In this document: piece by piece, positions 24,911-38,499 of the stretch | How the letters are laid out: each line of letters begins with the position of its first letter | Numbering within the stretch: position 1 is the stretch's first letter | Assembly: GCF_006345805.1 (NCBI RefSeq) | Contig: NC_043000.1 | Coordinates: forward strand, 72,416,001 to 72,480,000 | DNA length: 64,000 nt | Direction of reading: 5' to 3' | From: Octopus sinensis | Lineage: Eukaryota | Notes under the pieces: generated by a model | Database searches by the model: none | What the model was told of the DNA's origin: nothing | The model's input: the letters and a program-made list of their open reading frames with translations, nothing else | Program-made: the position numbers and the translations under genes

Positions 24911-27900
24911 GGAGACACCGGGGACGTTTAAGATGTAAGAAGGAAAATACAGAGCTCCGAAATCTATCCACAAACATCGAAAACAAGGACACCCTATGGA
25001 GCCAAAGATTTACTAACAAAGAATTGGACTATATCCGAGTAAGTAATACGAATTGAAATTTATTACTATTTTCGAAACGAAATGATGTATTTTGACTCGA
25101 TATTATCTCCACCTCTAACACAACACATGTAAACATGCGTGGAACAACACGATCATCCCCGACCTCAAACACCATGTACAAAGGAACTACGAAGAAATTA
25201 AATGCCACCGATACTATTCAACCCAAGAATAACAATCGAGCGGTACGTAAATTAAACCTACAACAAAAAATGTACGAAAAACTACACGTGCGAAATAATG
25301 TGACAACAGAAATAAACGGACCGGTACCCTACGAAAATGACGACCGTCAAAATAATGGGCCGGACGTTGTACCTCATGTCCCGCAATTAAAACCCAAAAG
25401 ACGTAAATGGACACGTGAGGAATACATTTCTATCTTACACGCATACTTCACAGCAATGCTCTACCCACAAAATGAAAATACAACAACACATACATATAAA
25501 ATATGGAAGGAAAATAATAGAGATATAGACTTGGATACAGCAATGAACCCTAATAAATTAGCTAACGTACGAAGATACATTCTCAAAGCCAAAAAATATC
25601 AGAAATAGAAATAGAACATTTAAAAGAAAAAATACACCAGGAAAATGTAGATAGAAGCCACACAACAATGCCCAATAATATAAACACTGAAACTGTAAAA
25701 CACGAAGACAAACGCAACATTCCCAACAAACACGATGTAAACAACGAAGGGGAGCCTAATGATTATGATAATTTAAAAAATAAAATAATCAAAGAACTGA
25801 AAACCACAGAGCCCAAAATGGACCACCGACCATACCTCCCAAGAATAAAAATAAACGCAATAACAACACCAATTATAAACAACATAAACCTAGCCGTCAC
25901 TGAACTAGCCACTGAAACAAAAAAAAGTGATATCACTGAACTAAATGACTTGATATACGCAGCAGCCACTGCAGCCACAAAAGAAGCTGGATACTCACCC
26001 AAACCCGCCAATACAAGAGTACCACCACCCAAACAAACCCTGTGGATAAATAACATCCAGAACAAAATAAAAAAAATTAGAAAAGACCTGTCGATTCTTA
26101 ATGAAATCAGCAAACAAGCAACGCTACTAAGCAACAAAAAGAGAACAAAAATGCTCCGCAAATATAACATCACAGTAAAAGATTTGCCGGAGATAAAAGA
26201 AAAGCTGAAGCAAGATATCCTTGCCAAAGCTCAAAGGATCCGCCGGTACGAGAAACGCCAACGCTTCTTTGAACAGAACAAAAAGTTCAACTCCGACCCC
26301 AAAAAGTTCTACCAAGAACTGGGCAAAAATAAAATAGAAGTCACTGCAGCACCAACGGCAGAAGAATTGGAAAAATTCTGGAGAGAAATATGGTCGGCGA
26401 ACGAACAGCCAAAAAAAAGGAGTATGAAAATAACAAACTCGGCAACTGAACAACTTTGGACCCCCATAACAACTGAAGAGGTCACCCAGGCACTGCAAAA
26501 ACTAAGCAACTGGAAGGCACCTGGGCATGACAAGATCCCCAACTTCTGGTTGAAATATCTAACAGGAATGCACAAAAAGCTGGCTGAAAACTTTAACAGC
26601 ATACTAGCAGAGCCAGAGACAATGCCTGAATGGCTCACGAAGGGGAAAACCATCTTAATTCCCAATCAAATGAAACAACAAAACCAGAAAACTACAGACC
26701 AATAACCTGCCTCCCTACTATGTTCAAGGCATTTACTGCAGTGATATCGCAAAGGCTGAACAAGCACCTGGACGAAAACAAACTGTTCCCAGAAGAGCAG
26801 AAAGGATGCCGCAAGGGCTCATATGGCTGTAAAGATCAACTAATGATTAATAAAGCCGTAACTGAAGACAGCCACAGAAAGAAGAAAGGCCTCAGTATGG
26901 CCTGGATTGACTACAAAAAGGCGTTTGATAGCATCCCCCACACATGGATCCTCGAAACACTAGCCATTAACAAAGTAGCACCAACAATCATAAAATTCAT
27001 AGAGCACTCTATGAATAAATGGCAAACAGTCCTACACCTCCAAACAAAAGAGGGACTCATGAAAACCAAAGACATCCCCATTAGAAGAGGAATATTCCAG
27101 GGAGACACGCTCTCTCCACTCCTTTTCTGCTTGGCACTGTCACCTCTATCTGATATGCTAAATAGAACTGGATGCGGATATAAATGTTACGGCAAAACGA
27201 TCAGCCACCTTTTATATATGGATGACCTAAAACTATACGCTGCAAATGACAAACAGCTGGAAACACTACTAAAGACAGTTCATGGATTTACCAAAGAAAT
27301 AGATATGAAATTTGGATTAGAAAAATGCGCCAAAGTAACCATGAAAAGAGGAAAACTAGTTAAGAGTAACAACATCACACTAGATAAAACCAATGAAATA
27401 AAAGAATTAGACCAAAGCCAAACTTACAAATACTTAGGAATCCATGAACTAGATAAGACACAACACACACAAATGAAAGAGAAAATAAAAAAAGAATATT
27501 ATAGACGAGTTAGATCAATACTAAAAACAGAGCTCAATGCTAAAAACAAGATAATAGGTATCAACACTTTAGCTGTCCCAGTTATAAGTTACAGCTACAA
27601 TATCCTTAACTGGACACGAAATGAACTGTCCAAAATAGATAGGAAAACAAGAAAAATACTGACAGGATCCAGGATGCATCACCCAAAATCTGACATAGAA
27701 AGACTATATATACAACGTATAGAAGGTGGTAGAGGCCTTATACGGCTGGAAAACTACTATAAAATAACCACCATAGGACTGCAAAAATACCTACTTCAGA
27801 AGGAAGGAAAACTGATCCAGATAGCAGCAAAACACGAGCAAAACAAAAAACTGTTCTCAGTATTTAAGGAAGCTGACAAATACAAACAAGAAATCATACC

Positions 27901-28864
27901 ACCTAATAAACACAAAGAAGAAGAAGAAGATGATGAAGAAACAACAAAAGCTATAAAACAAATGAAATCCAAACTAAAAATAGAACAGCAACGAACCATG
28001 ATAAAACGATGGCAAGAAAAGCCCCTTCATGGTAAATACTGCACTAAACTAAACGCAAAAGAAATAGACAAAGAAAAATCCCAGCAATGGTTGAGAAGCT
28101 CAGGACTCAAAGCAGAAACAGAGGGATTTTTAATTGCAGCACAAGCCTCCCCACCAGAAATTACCAAAAACATGTAATGAAAAGAAATATTACAAGTAAC
28201 TGCAGAATATGTGGAGATGGACAAGAAACAATAAATCATATTATCTCTAGCTGCCCAGTCCTGGCTAAGAAGGAATATATTCACAGACATGACAGAGTTG
28301 GAACCTACATACATTGGAAGCTATGCCAACATTATGGAATAACAACAGAAAAAAGATGGTATAGGCACACACCAGAAAAGGTCACAGAAAACGAGAAAGC
28401 AACCATACTCTGGGATATGCCGATACACACAGATAGAGAAATTAAGGCCAACAGACCAGATATAGTTGTCAGAGACCATGAAGAAAAAAAATGCTTTCTA
28501 ATTGATGTATCAATACCGGCAGATGACAACGTGTCTCTAAAAGAAATAGAGAAACTCTCAAAATACAAAGACCTGGAAATAGAGATAACTAGAATGTGGA
28601 ACCTGAAAACGGAAACAATTCCTATCATAGTAGGTGCATTAGGCATGATAAAAAATTATTCAGACAAATACATAACAAAAACACCAGGACTTACAAACAC
28701 ATATAACATACAGAAAATTGCACTACTAGGCACTGCACACATCCTACGCAGAACACTTACCATACAATAACCATCAGAGCATCACAACAAATCACAGCAC
28801 ATACCCAAGGCACACAGAGCTGCGCTCGGTAGTGAAGTGAAAGCACGCTATAAAAATAAAACTA

Positions 28865-28868
<4 letters not shown>
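24911..28868 (+). mobile_element. Near-intact full-length R4/Dong-clade non-LTR retrotransposon inserted in (TAA)n
   Basis: Single long ORF 25135-28770 broken by three frameshifts. N-terminal KWTREE motif, RT (AWIDYKKAFDS, FQGDTLSPLLF, YMDD), CCHC finger and RLE nuclease; ~100 nt 3' UTR; (TAA)n at both ends. Confidence 0.93.
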
Positions 28869-28923
<55 letters not shown>

Positions 28924-28946
28924 TGATGATGATGATAATAATAATA

Positions 28947-29023
<77 letters not shown>

Positions 29024-30124
29024 TCTTCTGGAAGAGTTACCTCAATCCTTTATATATTAACCAAAAGGAAGTAGAGTGACAAAATTATTTTTTGAACCTG
29101 TTGAAGACACACGAGATGCCGAAATATCGTTCACCAGATGACAATGGCACGCTTCTTTTAATAATAACAAGAAATTGGAATAAGATGATTACTTAATGCA
29201 TTTTATGTATACACTTATATTTTATGCACAATTTTATAGGCTTAATACACAACACTCATATAATAAATATTCACACTTATTTTCTCATTTTTCCCATAGA
29301 CAAAAAATATCCTATACATAAGAGACAACCTTTAGTTAAATTGCATATATCAGTCACGTAAATAAGCGTGAAATGCGTTAAGTGATCGGGGATATAAAAA
29401 ACTTAGTTCAATTAAAAAAATACACTTTTCAGTATCCAATCACCACGCCACCTCCATCACCATCACTACCACCATCATCATCTCTCCCCCACTCTCTCTT
29501 CTCTCTCCCCCCTCCCCCCATTTCCCCCCTCTCTCTCTTTTTATCTCTTACTTTTCTCCCTGTCATTTTTTAACCTCACCATCAGAACATCACCAATCTG
29601 CTAAAATTATATTTTAACTCTCCTCCTCTATATCTATTTCTTTATTGGCTACAGTGGGCTAAACATAGAGGCGACAAACAAAGGCAGACAAAGGGATTAA
29701 GTCGAGTAAACCGTCCAGTGCGTAACTGGTACTAATTTAATCGACTCCTTAGTGGCTGACGATATGTGCATCTCTGATCATGAGCAGAAGTAGTGGGGAG
29801 AATCATAGCCATGTGTTGAGAAGAATTCTTAGAGGTTTGGATAATTCACCTTTGGGAACATGGGTGTTTTGTTCAACATCCTTAAAACAAACCTTTTTCA
29901 GGGATCTTTTGAGCGGGATGGGCTACTCGACCCGAATAAAATTCTAACTGGGCCCCACCTGCAAGGTTATGTGCTGTTTATCTTGATATGAAATCACTAT
30001 ATCCCGCATATATGGTTGTGATACATGTACCGGCTGTACCCTTATCAGACGAGTAGTCATATTGGGTTTACCGTAGTCACTTTGATGGTATGCACTGCAC
30101 ACTCACTCACTCACTCACTCACTC

Positions 30125-30206
<82 letters not shown>

Positions 30207-30639
30207 TAGAAATCAGCAAAATGTGGAACCTGAAGACTAAAACAATACCTGTTGTCATAGGTGCCCTGGGAATGATAGCAAAAGGGGCTGATAGCTACCT
30301 AACTCAGATACCAGGAAACCCAAAAATGGCAGAAATTCAAAAGATAGTGTTCATGGGAACTGCTCATATCCTACGCAAAATACTTTCTATGTAATCTCAA
30401 GGTTTAAAACAAACATAATTTTCAGTTTAAAAAAAAAAAAAAACTTTTTTTTAGACATTCATTAGTACAACACCCCCACCCCCCAAATATATGGCACACT
30501 AGGCATAACAACAACATGAACTTCCAACCCTGTTGTCTCTTGAGGTCTCTGGGTGAGACTTGGAGCCAACTTGTACAAACATAAAGCAAAAGTCAAACAT
30601 ATAATAATAATAATAATAATATAATAATAATAATAATAG

Positions 30640-30714
<75 letters not shown>

Positions 30715-31271
30715 CAGTACCATGGCTTCTGATCTTAACTGACTGGAAGTGTTATCATGTACATTGTTTTGTCTTGGTATAAAAGATGGGCTACACCAAA
30801 TATTCTGCTCAATACCACAGATTTGCTTGTCAGTTGTTTGACCGTAACCAGTTGAGCATGTCCCTTAGTGGCTGACGATATGTGCATCTCTGATCACGAG
30901 TAGAAGTAGTGGGGGAGCATCATAGCCATGTGTTGAGAGGAATTATTTGGAGTTTGAATGATTCACCTCTGGAAACATGGGTGTTTCATTCAACATCCTT
31001 AAACAACCCTTAATCAGGGACCTTTTGAGTGGGATGGGTTACCCAACCAGAAGAAAATACTAACTGGGCCCCACCCGCAAGGTCATGCGCTGTTTATCTT
31101 GTTATGAGATCACCATGTCACGCTCATATGGTTGTGATGAATGTGCCTGGTGTACCCTTATCAGACGGGTAGTCATGATGGATATACTGGGCTTCGTATA
31201 TTTGTACCCCAGCGTCACTTTGATGGCATGCACTGCTCTTTCACTCAATGATAATAATAATAATAATAATA

Positions 31272-31306
<35 letters not shown>

Positions 31307-31503
31307 TAATAATAATAATAATAAAAAAATTAAAAAAACTTTTTTTTAGACATTCATTAGTACAACATCCCCACCCCCCAAATATATGGCACACTAGGCA
31401 TAACAACAACATGAACTTCCAACCCTGTTGTCTCTTGAGGTCTCTGGGTGAGACTTGGAGCCAACTTGTACAAATATAAAGCAAAAGTCAAACATAGAAT
31501 AAA

Positions 31504-31576
<73 letters not shown>

Positions 31577-31859
31577 TCAAGATTCCCTGATGCAGTACTA
31601 GATTGCTTTGATCCAGTACCAGAATATCCTGATGAGTACCAGATCCAGTACCAGAATATCCTGATGAGGCAGTGGCTCTCATAGGCTTCTGATCTTAACT
31701 GATTGGATGTATTATGATGTACATTGTTTTGTTTTGTTATGGTTGTGATATATGTGCCTGGTATACCCTTGTGAGACTGGTAGTCATGATGGATGTATTG
31801 GATTTCGTATATTTGTACCCCAGCGACACTTTCATGGTGTGTGCTACTCTCTCACTCAA

Positions 31860-31970
<111 letters not shown>

Positions 31971-31990
31971 TATTATTATTATTATTATTT

Positions 31991-32082
<92 letters not shown>

Positions 32083-32083
<1 letters not shown>

Positions 32084-32518
32084 TAAGAATAGGTGCGTTA
32101 TCATTCAGTGATAAGGTAGAAATAGATTTTTACCTGAACGAATCTACTGACAGATCTAATGTTCTACGGAAAGTCAGTCGAATTCAACAACTCACAGGAA
32201 GCACTTATACATGGATGGCGTTAAGAGAATTAATAAATATGTTTAAACCTGGAAATGGTGCTCGATCTTCTGTTACACAAGTTGCTATTGTTCTGACTGA
32301 TGGAAATTCTCAGAAACCAAATCATACTTTGGAAGCAGCAAACATGATTCATCGTCAAACTAGTATTAAAGTTTTTGCGTTGGCCATTGGGGAGAACATA
32401 GCAGCAGATGAGATTCGTGGCATCGCAAGTTCTCCAAAATGGAAATATTTCAAACAAACTGCGTCTTACACTACTTTGGAGAGTATTAAGGAAACTGTCT
32501 TTAACACAACATGCGAAG
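32083..32518 (+). CDS. VWA-repeat protein, exon B2
   Basis: attcag|GTAAGA acceptor, GAA G|gtatgg donor; 436 nt; paralog of B1. Confidence 0.92.
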
Positions 32519-33694
32519 GTATGGCTTTATTTCTTTTTTCGATTTCACATTAATAAGCATTAAATGTATACAATCCTATTAAATTAAACTATTAAATGTA
32601 TATTAATCCTCATTTTCAGATCCTTATTGTTTTGCAATGGGGATCTCTCCATATAAATTTTTAACGTAAGCTAATTTCTCTTTGAATATATGATTAATTC
32701 TCTAATAATCTCTAATATCCTCGTACTTTCTTTTTTCTTCAAACAAAAATGTTTTTAAAAAATGATGACTTGGAGCTAAGTAAATATACTAATTAAACAC
32801 TTAAGTAAGAAAGAGAAATATGTTGAATTTCTTCTCACACATTATCATTTACTTGCCCGAAATATTTTGGGCATTTTTTAACAAACACTTTTTTTCTTGA
32901 GTGCTAAGATAAATTGTTTGATTTTAATCTATTAAGTCTTTTCGTACAGCAACCGCCGCGAATAGTCTTATTTATCACTACGCTCTAAAGCGACAAGCTG
33001 GCAGAAGCATTACCACTCCGGGCTAAGTACTTAGCAGCATTTAGTCTGTCTTTACGTTCTCAGTTCGAATTTTGCCGAGTTCGATTTTTGCCTTTTATCC
33101 TTTTTTGGGTCGGTAAAAGTACCAGTTGAGAACCGCGGTCGATGTAATCGACTCGCCACCTCCTCCGAAATTGCTGGTCTTGCGCCAAATTTTGAAATCA
33201 ATTAATATCACTTTCTGAATGTTACAAATATAAAGAGAGAAAATTACAAATACTGTTCTACTAATGTACTCGCAAAAGAACTATTAATGTGGTGAGCTGT
33301 ATTATCTAATTGGTACGGAGCCGACAAGAGAATAGGTCTCCCATTCTAAGACCTAGAGTTTTATTAAAAGCAGTTGTCCACATTGCATCTTTAATGTACC
33401 TGCTGCATTAGTGACATACTCGTGGAGATCATTGCAAAAAAAAATCTTTTATCTATAACGATATTATACTGATAAAAGTAACCGAATAAGAGCGTGTGTT
33501 TGAGAGAGAAAATGTATGAAAGGGAAGAAGGCAACCAAAATTTTTTTGTAAATATATGGGAAATTTCTGGTCTACCTATATAATGCCTTATGTGTCTAAT
33601 GAGGGGTAATTGATGTAAAATAACTAACTCGTTATTAAGGAGGGTGTATTAGCAGTGAGCTACAGCAGTTATAGCTAAAAAAAAACTAGTCAGT

Positions 33695-35950
33695 CAGTGT
33701 CATGGTCGCGGCGGACAAAACTGAAAAGGCGTTGCCCTGGAGAATGGTGAGGAAGACGCATCAGAAGAGCCATTCCGACTCACGGGTCTCGCACTTGTTA
33801 GTAGCCATCTTCTCCTCGATAGCAGTGGGCAGGGATGTAGTCCGGGGACCAAAAGCGGTGGAGGCTCGACCACAAATCTGTCAGAGAGCGGCCGATACTT
33901 TGATAGTTTATCCTTCTCGGCCGGCGAACAACGAAGCCTGGGCTCGCAGCCGTACATACCAGGTTGCTGCCGGAGAAGATGTCGCAGCATGTGACATCCC
34001 AGATAGGAGGTCTACCACCGTGGAACGGGAAAACTTACATGCCGTCTGACTTTTTACTGTCCCTACTATCCATCTTGCGGACTCGAGCTGGGAAGGCAAG
34101 CTGGCGGCATGTAGGCCGTGTTTTACGATCTCTTTGAGAACAGTATGGTGCGGAAAGTGATCAGCACTATAAAGATATGACAATTGGCTGAAACCGAAAG
34201 AATTCTACTTGGATCCGCGGCAGCATTTGTAAGACTCACAGATCCTGAGGCCAAACCTCGAGGAAACACCGATGTGCAAACACTCGCTATCCAGGTGAGT
34301 GTCTTTCGAGACTGATGGTACTGCTGTTGAGCTAGAAGATCGAGCAAAAACATGTCAGGCGGTGCTGATCAATTCAGCGCACCAGCTCGTTGAAGATAAT
34401 GTTGTACTGGATGCATCCCATTTGTTTTGTGGAGGCCGGACGTCAACAAAGGAGACAGGGGGAATGAACGTCCGGAAAGCGAAGACTTATCTGGCTCCAT
34501 GTTGCGTAAGACACCTCACGTTCCCTGGTACAGTTGTGTTGTGGAAAACCCTTTTGTTGAGAACATGGCAAGAGGTCACCAACGAGAGAAATGCCGGTAA
34601 AGCTTGTGACACCGGAGGTGGAGGCCATCATATCAGACAAGTAAGGTGGTATGTTGCCATCCAGTGTCGTCAAACCGGACGCTGCATATCTCCTTAGCGT
34701 TCTATATAATACAGGCCTCGAGATCTGTGAGAAGAAATGCATAGTTGTAGCAAGGGGCACTGCTGAAAGTATACAGAAGCTTTGGCATGGTGAAACAGTT
34801 CCTTGATAGAAATAATCCCGGACTGACAGCGATCAGGTTCAGTTTACTCGTCATAGTTTTGGGCTTCGAAGACTGAACCTGATGGTGGGGCGAATAGCAG
34901 ACTGGAGTATAGGTGAGCCAAGGATAAGAACGTCCTCTTTTGAGGTCACCTCTCCATCGTGGAGTAATGAACGCACGTCCGATACGAAGGTCGCGAAACT
35001 CCCTGAGTCGTAATTGACGTTCATAACTTCCAACTTGGACGAGTTAATCAAGAAGCTGGTCCTGCCAGAGCGAGAACAACTAATCGGAGATCTTGGCAGA
35101 CATTTTATTCGGGCCCACCCATTGTTGCATTGTCCAGGTACCAGGCATTAAAAGAAGCTGTGATGCTTCAAACAATGCCGTCCAACCTACTGGATCACCC
35201 TACTGAACGCCGGTCTAAGATGGTATGACCTTATCTGCAATGAGAAGCATGTTCGGAGACCCGTGCAAGTAAGCTAGCGGGTAAGCAGACGGGGCACGAC
35301 GCAGGCAGTTGAAGGTATTTTTTATGTCAACCTTGACAATGAGGAGTCTGAAATCATTGTATCAATGTCAGGGAGACTGAAGACGAGCAAACCGAAATAG
35401 AACAATCATTCCCAATCAATGGGTCGACTGGGCGTTGCCATTTGAGGATGCGAGGAAATTGGCCACAAGCACTCAAGCTGCTTTCGGGATCTTAAGCGGG
35501 ATCTTCCGAAGCCTTCTAAAATGCGTCGAGCAGGTAAATTGTCTCGTCTGAGGATGTGATGGATGGGCACAGCCGCACAGTTGAGGAGAAGAGGTAGCTG
35601 CTGTATCTCCATGCTGAAAGAAAATTCGAGGCTTGTCGTGTCAAGTCGACGCAAAAGAGATGATGGAAGAAATCATACCCTAAGCAGTTTTGGTCTCTCT
35701 TCCACCAGGTGATGGTGGAGCAAGTGCTGCAGGTAACTCTTTGCGGGTATAAGGGAGTAGACAACAAAAGACTAGAGCAATGTTCGGCAACTTGAGTGTT
35801 GTCCCCGAGGCTTATGTCTGTGGTACTGAATTTGGACGGTGGATAGAGTTGTAATGCTGATGTGGTGATGGCTGCAAGATTGAGGAAGCTATTGGTTTGA
35901 GTTGTGTGGAAATTTGCGTAAAATATAGAAGTGGATAAATGCTTTGAAAG
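33695..35950 (-). mobile_element. Decayed CRE-clade-like RLE non-LTR retrotransposon
   Basis: Minus-strand motifs VKVDIKNTFNCLRR, GVQ*GDPVG, WYLDNATMGGP, INSSKLE, WDVTCCD and AEKDKLSKY; GC content visibly above the surroundings. Confidence 0.7.
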
Positions 35951-36685
35951 GAGAAAAACGGAGTTACACGGTTAACCAGTTAGTCGAATGGAGAGGCAAT
36001 GATTTTGTGGAGGTATGTGCAGTGTTATTGAAAGTTAAGAAAAAGAGAAGGCTAATTACAGACATATGATCGCACGCACACATATATGTCATATACTGAG
36101 GGTCAGTAGCTAATAAAGTGGTGGCAGTAGTGGTGGTCAGTAGTAGTGGTCAGTAGCTAATAAAGTGGTGGCAGTAGTAGTGGTGGCAGCGTTAGAGGCA
36201 GTGCTTAATGTAGGTGGCAGTGGAACGGTAAAGACTGTAGTTTTTCATTGAACTATGTTTTAATCGTCTATCATTTAACTCATGCGCTTTATTGTAAACG
36301 ATGTTGTCTAAAACCCAATCTTTCATATTTATTTATCTCATTTTATTCTGCCACCGTCAACGTATGTAACGTTTAACTATGGAATGAAATCGAGGAACAA
36401 AATTGAAGATATAATCTATTATTGACAAACCATTATATCATTCATAAGACAGTTGACAAATAGAGAAATACTGAAATTAAAAATAACGATATCTATATAA
36501 TTCATAATGTATTTACGAATGTACAATAGCACTAGCTGTAAAATTTCAACTCAGAGGCAAAATTCGTTCTCCTTAATGAATTTATGTGTTAAAAACTCAG
36601 CCTGTGCTAAATGAATCACCGAACCGCAGACACTGATGTTTCAGAATAATCTTCCTCCTCTGAGACGGACACTCCAGATCATTCT

Positions 36686-36778
36686 CATATAGGTAAGAAC
36701 TTTCGTTGTAGTGTATGCAAACAAAACATTTGCTGATTTTTGCGGAAACTGGCCAAGCAAAACGCATATGAAAATTCA
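36686..36778 (+). pseudogene. Degenerate single C2H2 zinc-finger fragment
   Basis: HIGKNFRCSVC / KTF...HMKIQ, needing one frameshift; resembles the HTGEKPF-C-x2-C linker pattern. Confidence 0.35.
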
Positions 36779-37152
36779 ATGAATAGTTTTATCAATGTAC
36801 AATGGTTGCCATCAAAAGTTATTTCAACTACTTGAATTGAAAAATTTGACAGAAACTATGAAAAAACTTCTAGGAGAAGCCATTATTCTCAACAAGTGTT
36901 GACTCTTGCTGATGAGAACCAAGTAGCTCTTTACCCACTACAGTTTTCGAAATCTCTTAAAATCTTGACTACTGAAACATCTATGCATACATATATATAT
37001 ACATACATACATACATACATACATACATACATACATGCATACATACATACATGCAAGCATACATACATACATACATACATACATACATTCACTCACAAAC
37101 GTACACACACACACAAACACACACGCACACACACACATACATATGTATATAT

Positions 37153-37193
37153 ACTAGCATTATGACCCGGCAACGCCGGGTCATAGTGCTAGT
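37153..37193. repeat. 41-bp hairpin ending CTAG|T (Helitron 3'-terminus-like)
   Basis: ACTAGCATTATGACCCGGC-AAC-GCCGGGTCATAGTGCTAGT; one G-T pair. Confidence 0.6.
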
Positions 37194-37219
37194 GCATGTA
37201 TATATATGTGTATATATAT

Positions 37220-38355
37220 GTGTACATCTATATATATACATTTACACATAAAATACAAAATACAAAGTTATATCTTGATATCGCTAGTGATAACAATACT
37301 CAAAATATATAACAGACTGGAATTGTAGGCCCGTCTCTTGCAATTTCGATCAATTGTATCTTGTCCGCCCTCTTGTATAGAAGTGTGGCTACAATCCAGC
37401 CTACCTCTACTTCTGGGGGGACGTTTTTAATTTTTATCCGGGACGTCCTACGTCCCAGATATAAAGGTAAAAATAAAATATTTCCACTTTGCAAGGTTCG
37501 AGTCGAGTACTCCCTTGCACGCTCCGTTGACTCGAACCTTGCTTCTATTGTGGCGAATTTACCGCCTCTGGTTAGATACTTTATATCTTTCATAGTCGCA
37601 CCAACACACTTTTCGATTGTACTTTCCTCCAGGTGTTCAAATCATTTTCTTTTCTCTACATTGTATACTTTATAGACAATTGTCTTTTCTTTAATTTTAT
37701 TTTTTATTTCGCTCGGTGGTGTTATCCTAGATTCACCGTCTTTGTCGGTGATCAATCGGAAACAGGTTTGTATTTATTCCATTTTAATTTTAATGAGTTC
37801 GCGCCCGCCGATGGCTGCAGCGAAATTCATTTTCGGACTTTCTTCTATCGAAGACATTTTAACAAAAATGCTTCCATATAAACGGTGGAAATATTGTCAA
37901 TTTCCCCAAACAGGGACACAATTCACTTTTTAAACAATAACCAAAGCTCCTCCTCCCAAAGGGAGAGTGTTACGGTTTACAATTATTTAACAAATGCAAC
38001 ACAACAACGCTTCCCTTACGAGGAACCAACAAACGTGATAACAATAGTTAAACAGTAATAATAATAACAACAAACCTTACGGTGAATCAAAAAGCAATAC
38101 TCAGTTGAAGCTATAGTATATATATGAGTATATATATTTGTACATCTATATATATATACATCTACATATAAAATACAAAATACAAAGTTATATCTTGATA
38201 TCGCTAGTGATAACAATACTCAAAATATATAACAGACTGGAATTATAGGCCCGTCTCTTGCAATTTCAATCAATTGTATCTTGTCCTCCCTCTTGTATAG
38301 AAGTGTGGCTACAATCCAGCCTACCTCTACTTCTGGGGGGATGTTTTTAATTTTT
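37220..38355 (-). mobile_element. L1/Tx1-type ORF1-like fragment bounded by ~215 bp direct repeats
   Basis: ORF 37300-37593 (LGRRTSRIKIKNVPPEVEVGWIVATL); repeats at 37220-37435 and 38139-38355. Confidence 0.45.
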
Positions 38356-38499
38356 AAGTGTTATGGATCAGAAATAAACCAACAGCAGTACTCAGTAGAA
38401 GCGTCTGTTCGAGAAAACAGACATTACATACAGCCAAACTTCATATAGATACTTAATGCTAGCTAATTAGCAGATAATCTAATGTAAAAGCCGTGGTAA

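Noticed and set aside
24911-25060. HDV-like ribozyme at the LINE 5' end
   Set aside because: Only a GCTCC/GGAGC pairing was found; the P3/L3, P1.1 and J4/2 elements could not be fitted by eye.
31610-31668. Twice-repeated gatccagtaccagaatatcCTGATGAG at the 5' end of an element X copy
   Set aside because: No GAAA or stems, so not a ribozyme; probably a 5'-junction template-jump duplication.
32620-32669. Possible exon or terminal exon ttttcag|ATCCTTATTG... after B2 (a similar cag|ATCCT follows B1 at ~15939)
   Set aside because: No frame-compatible donor, and both run into early stops. They could only be alternative last exons, for which I see no support.
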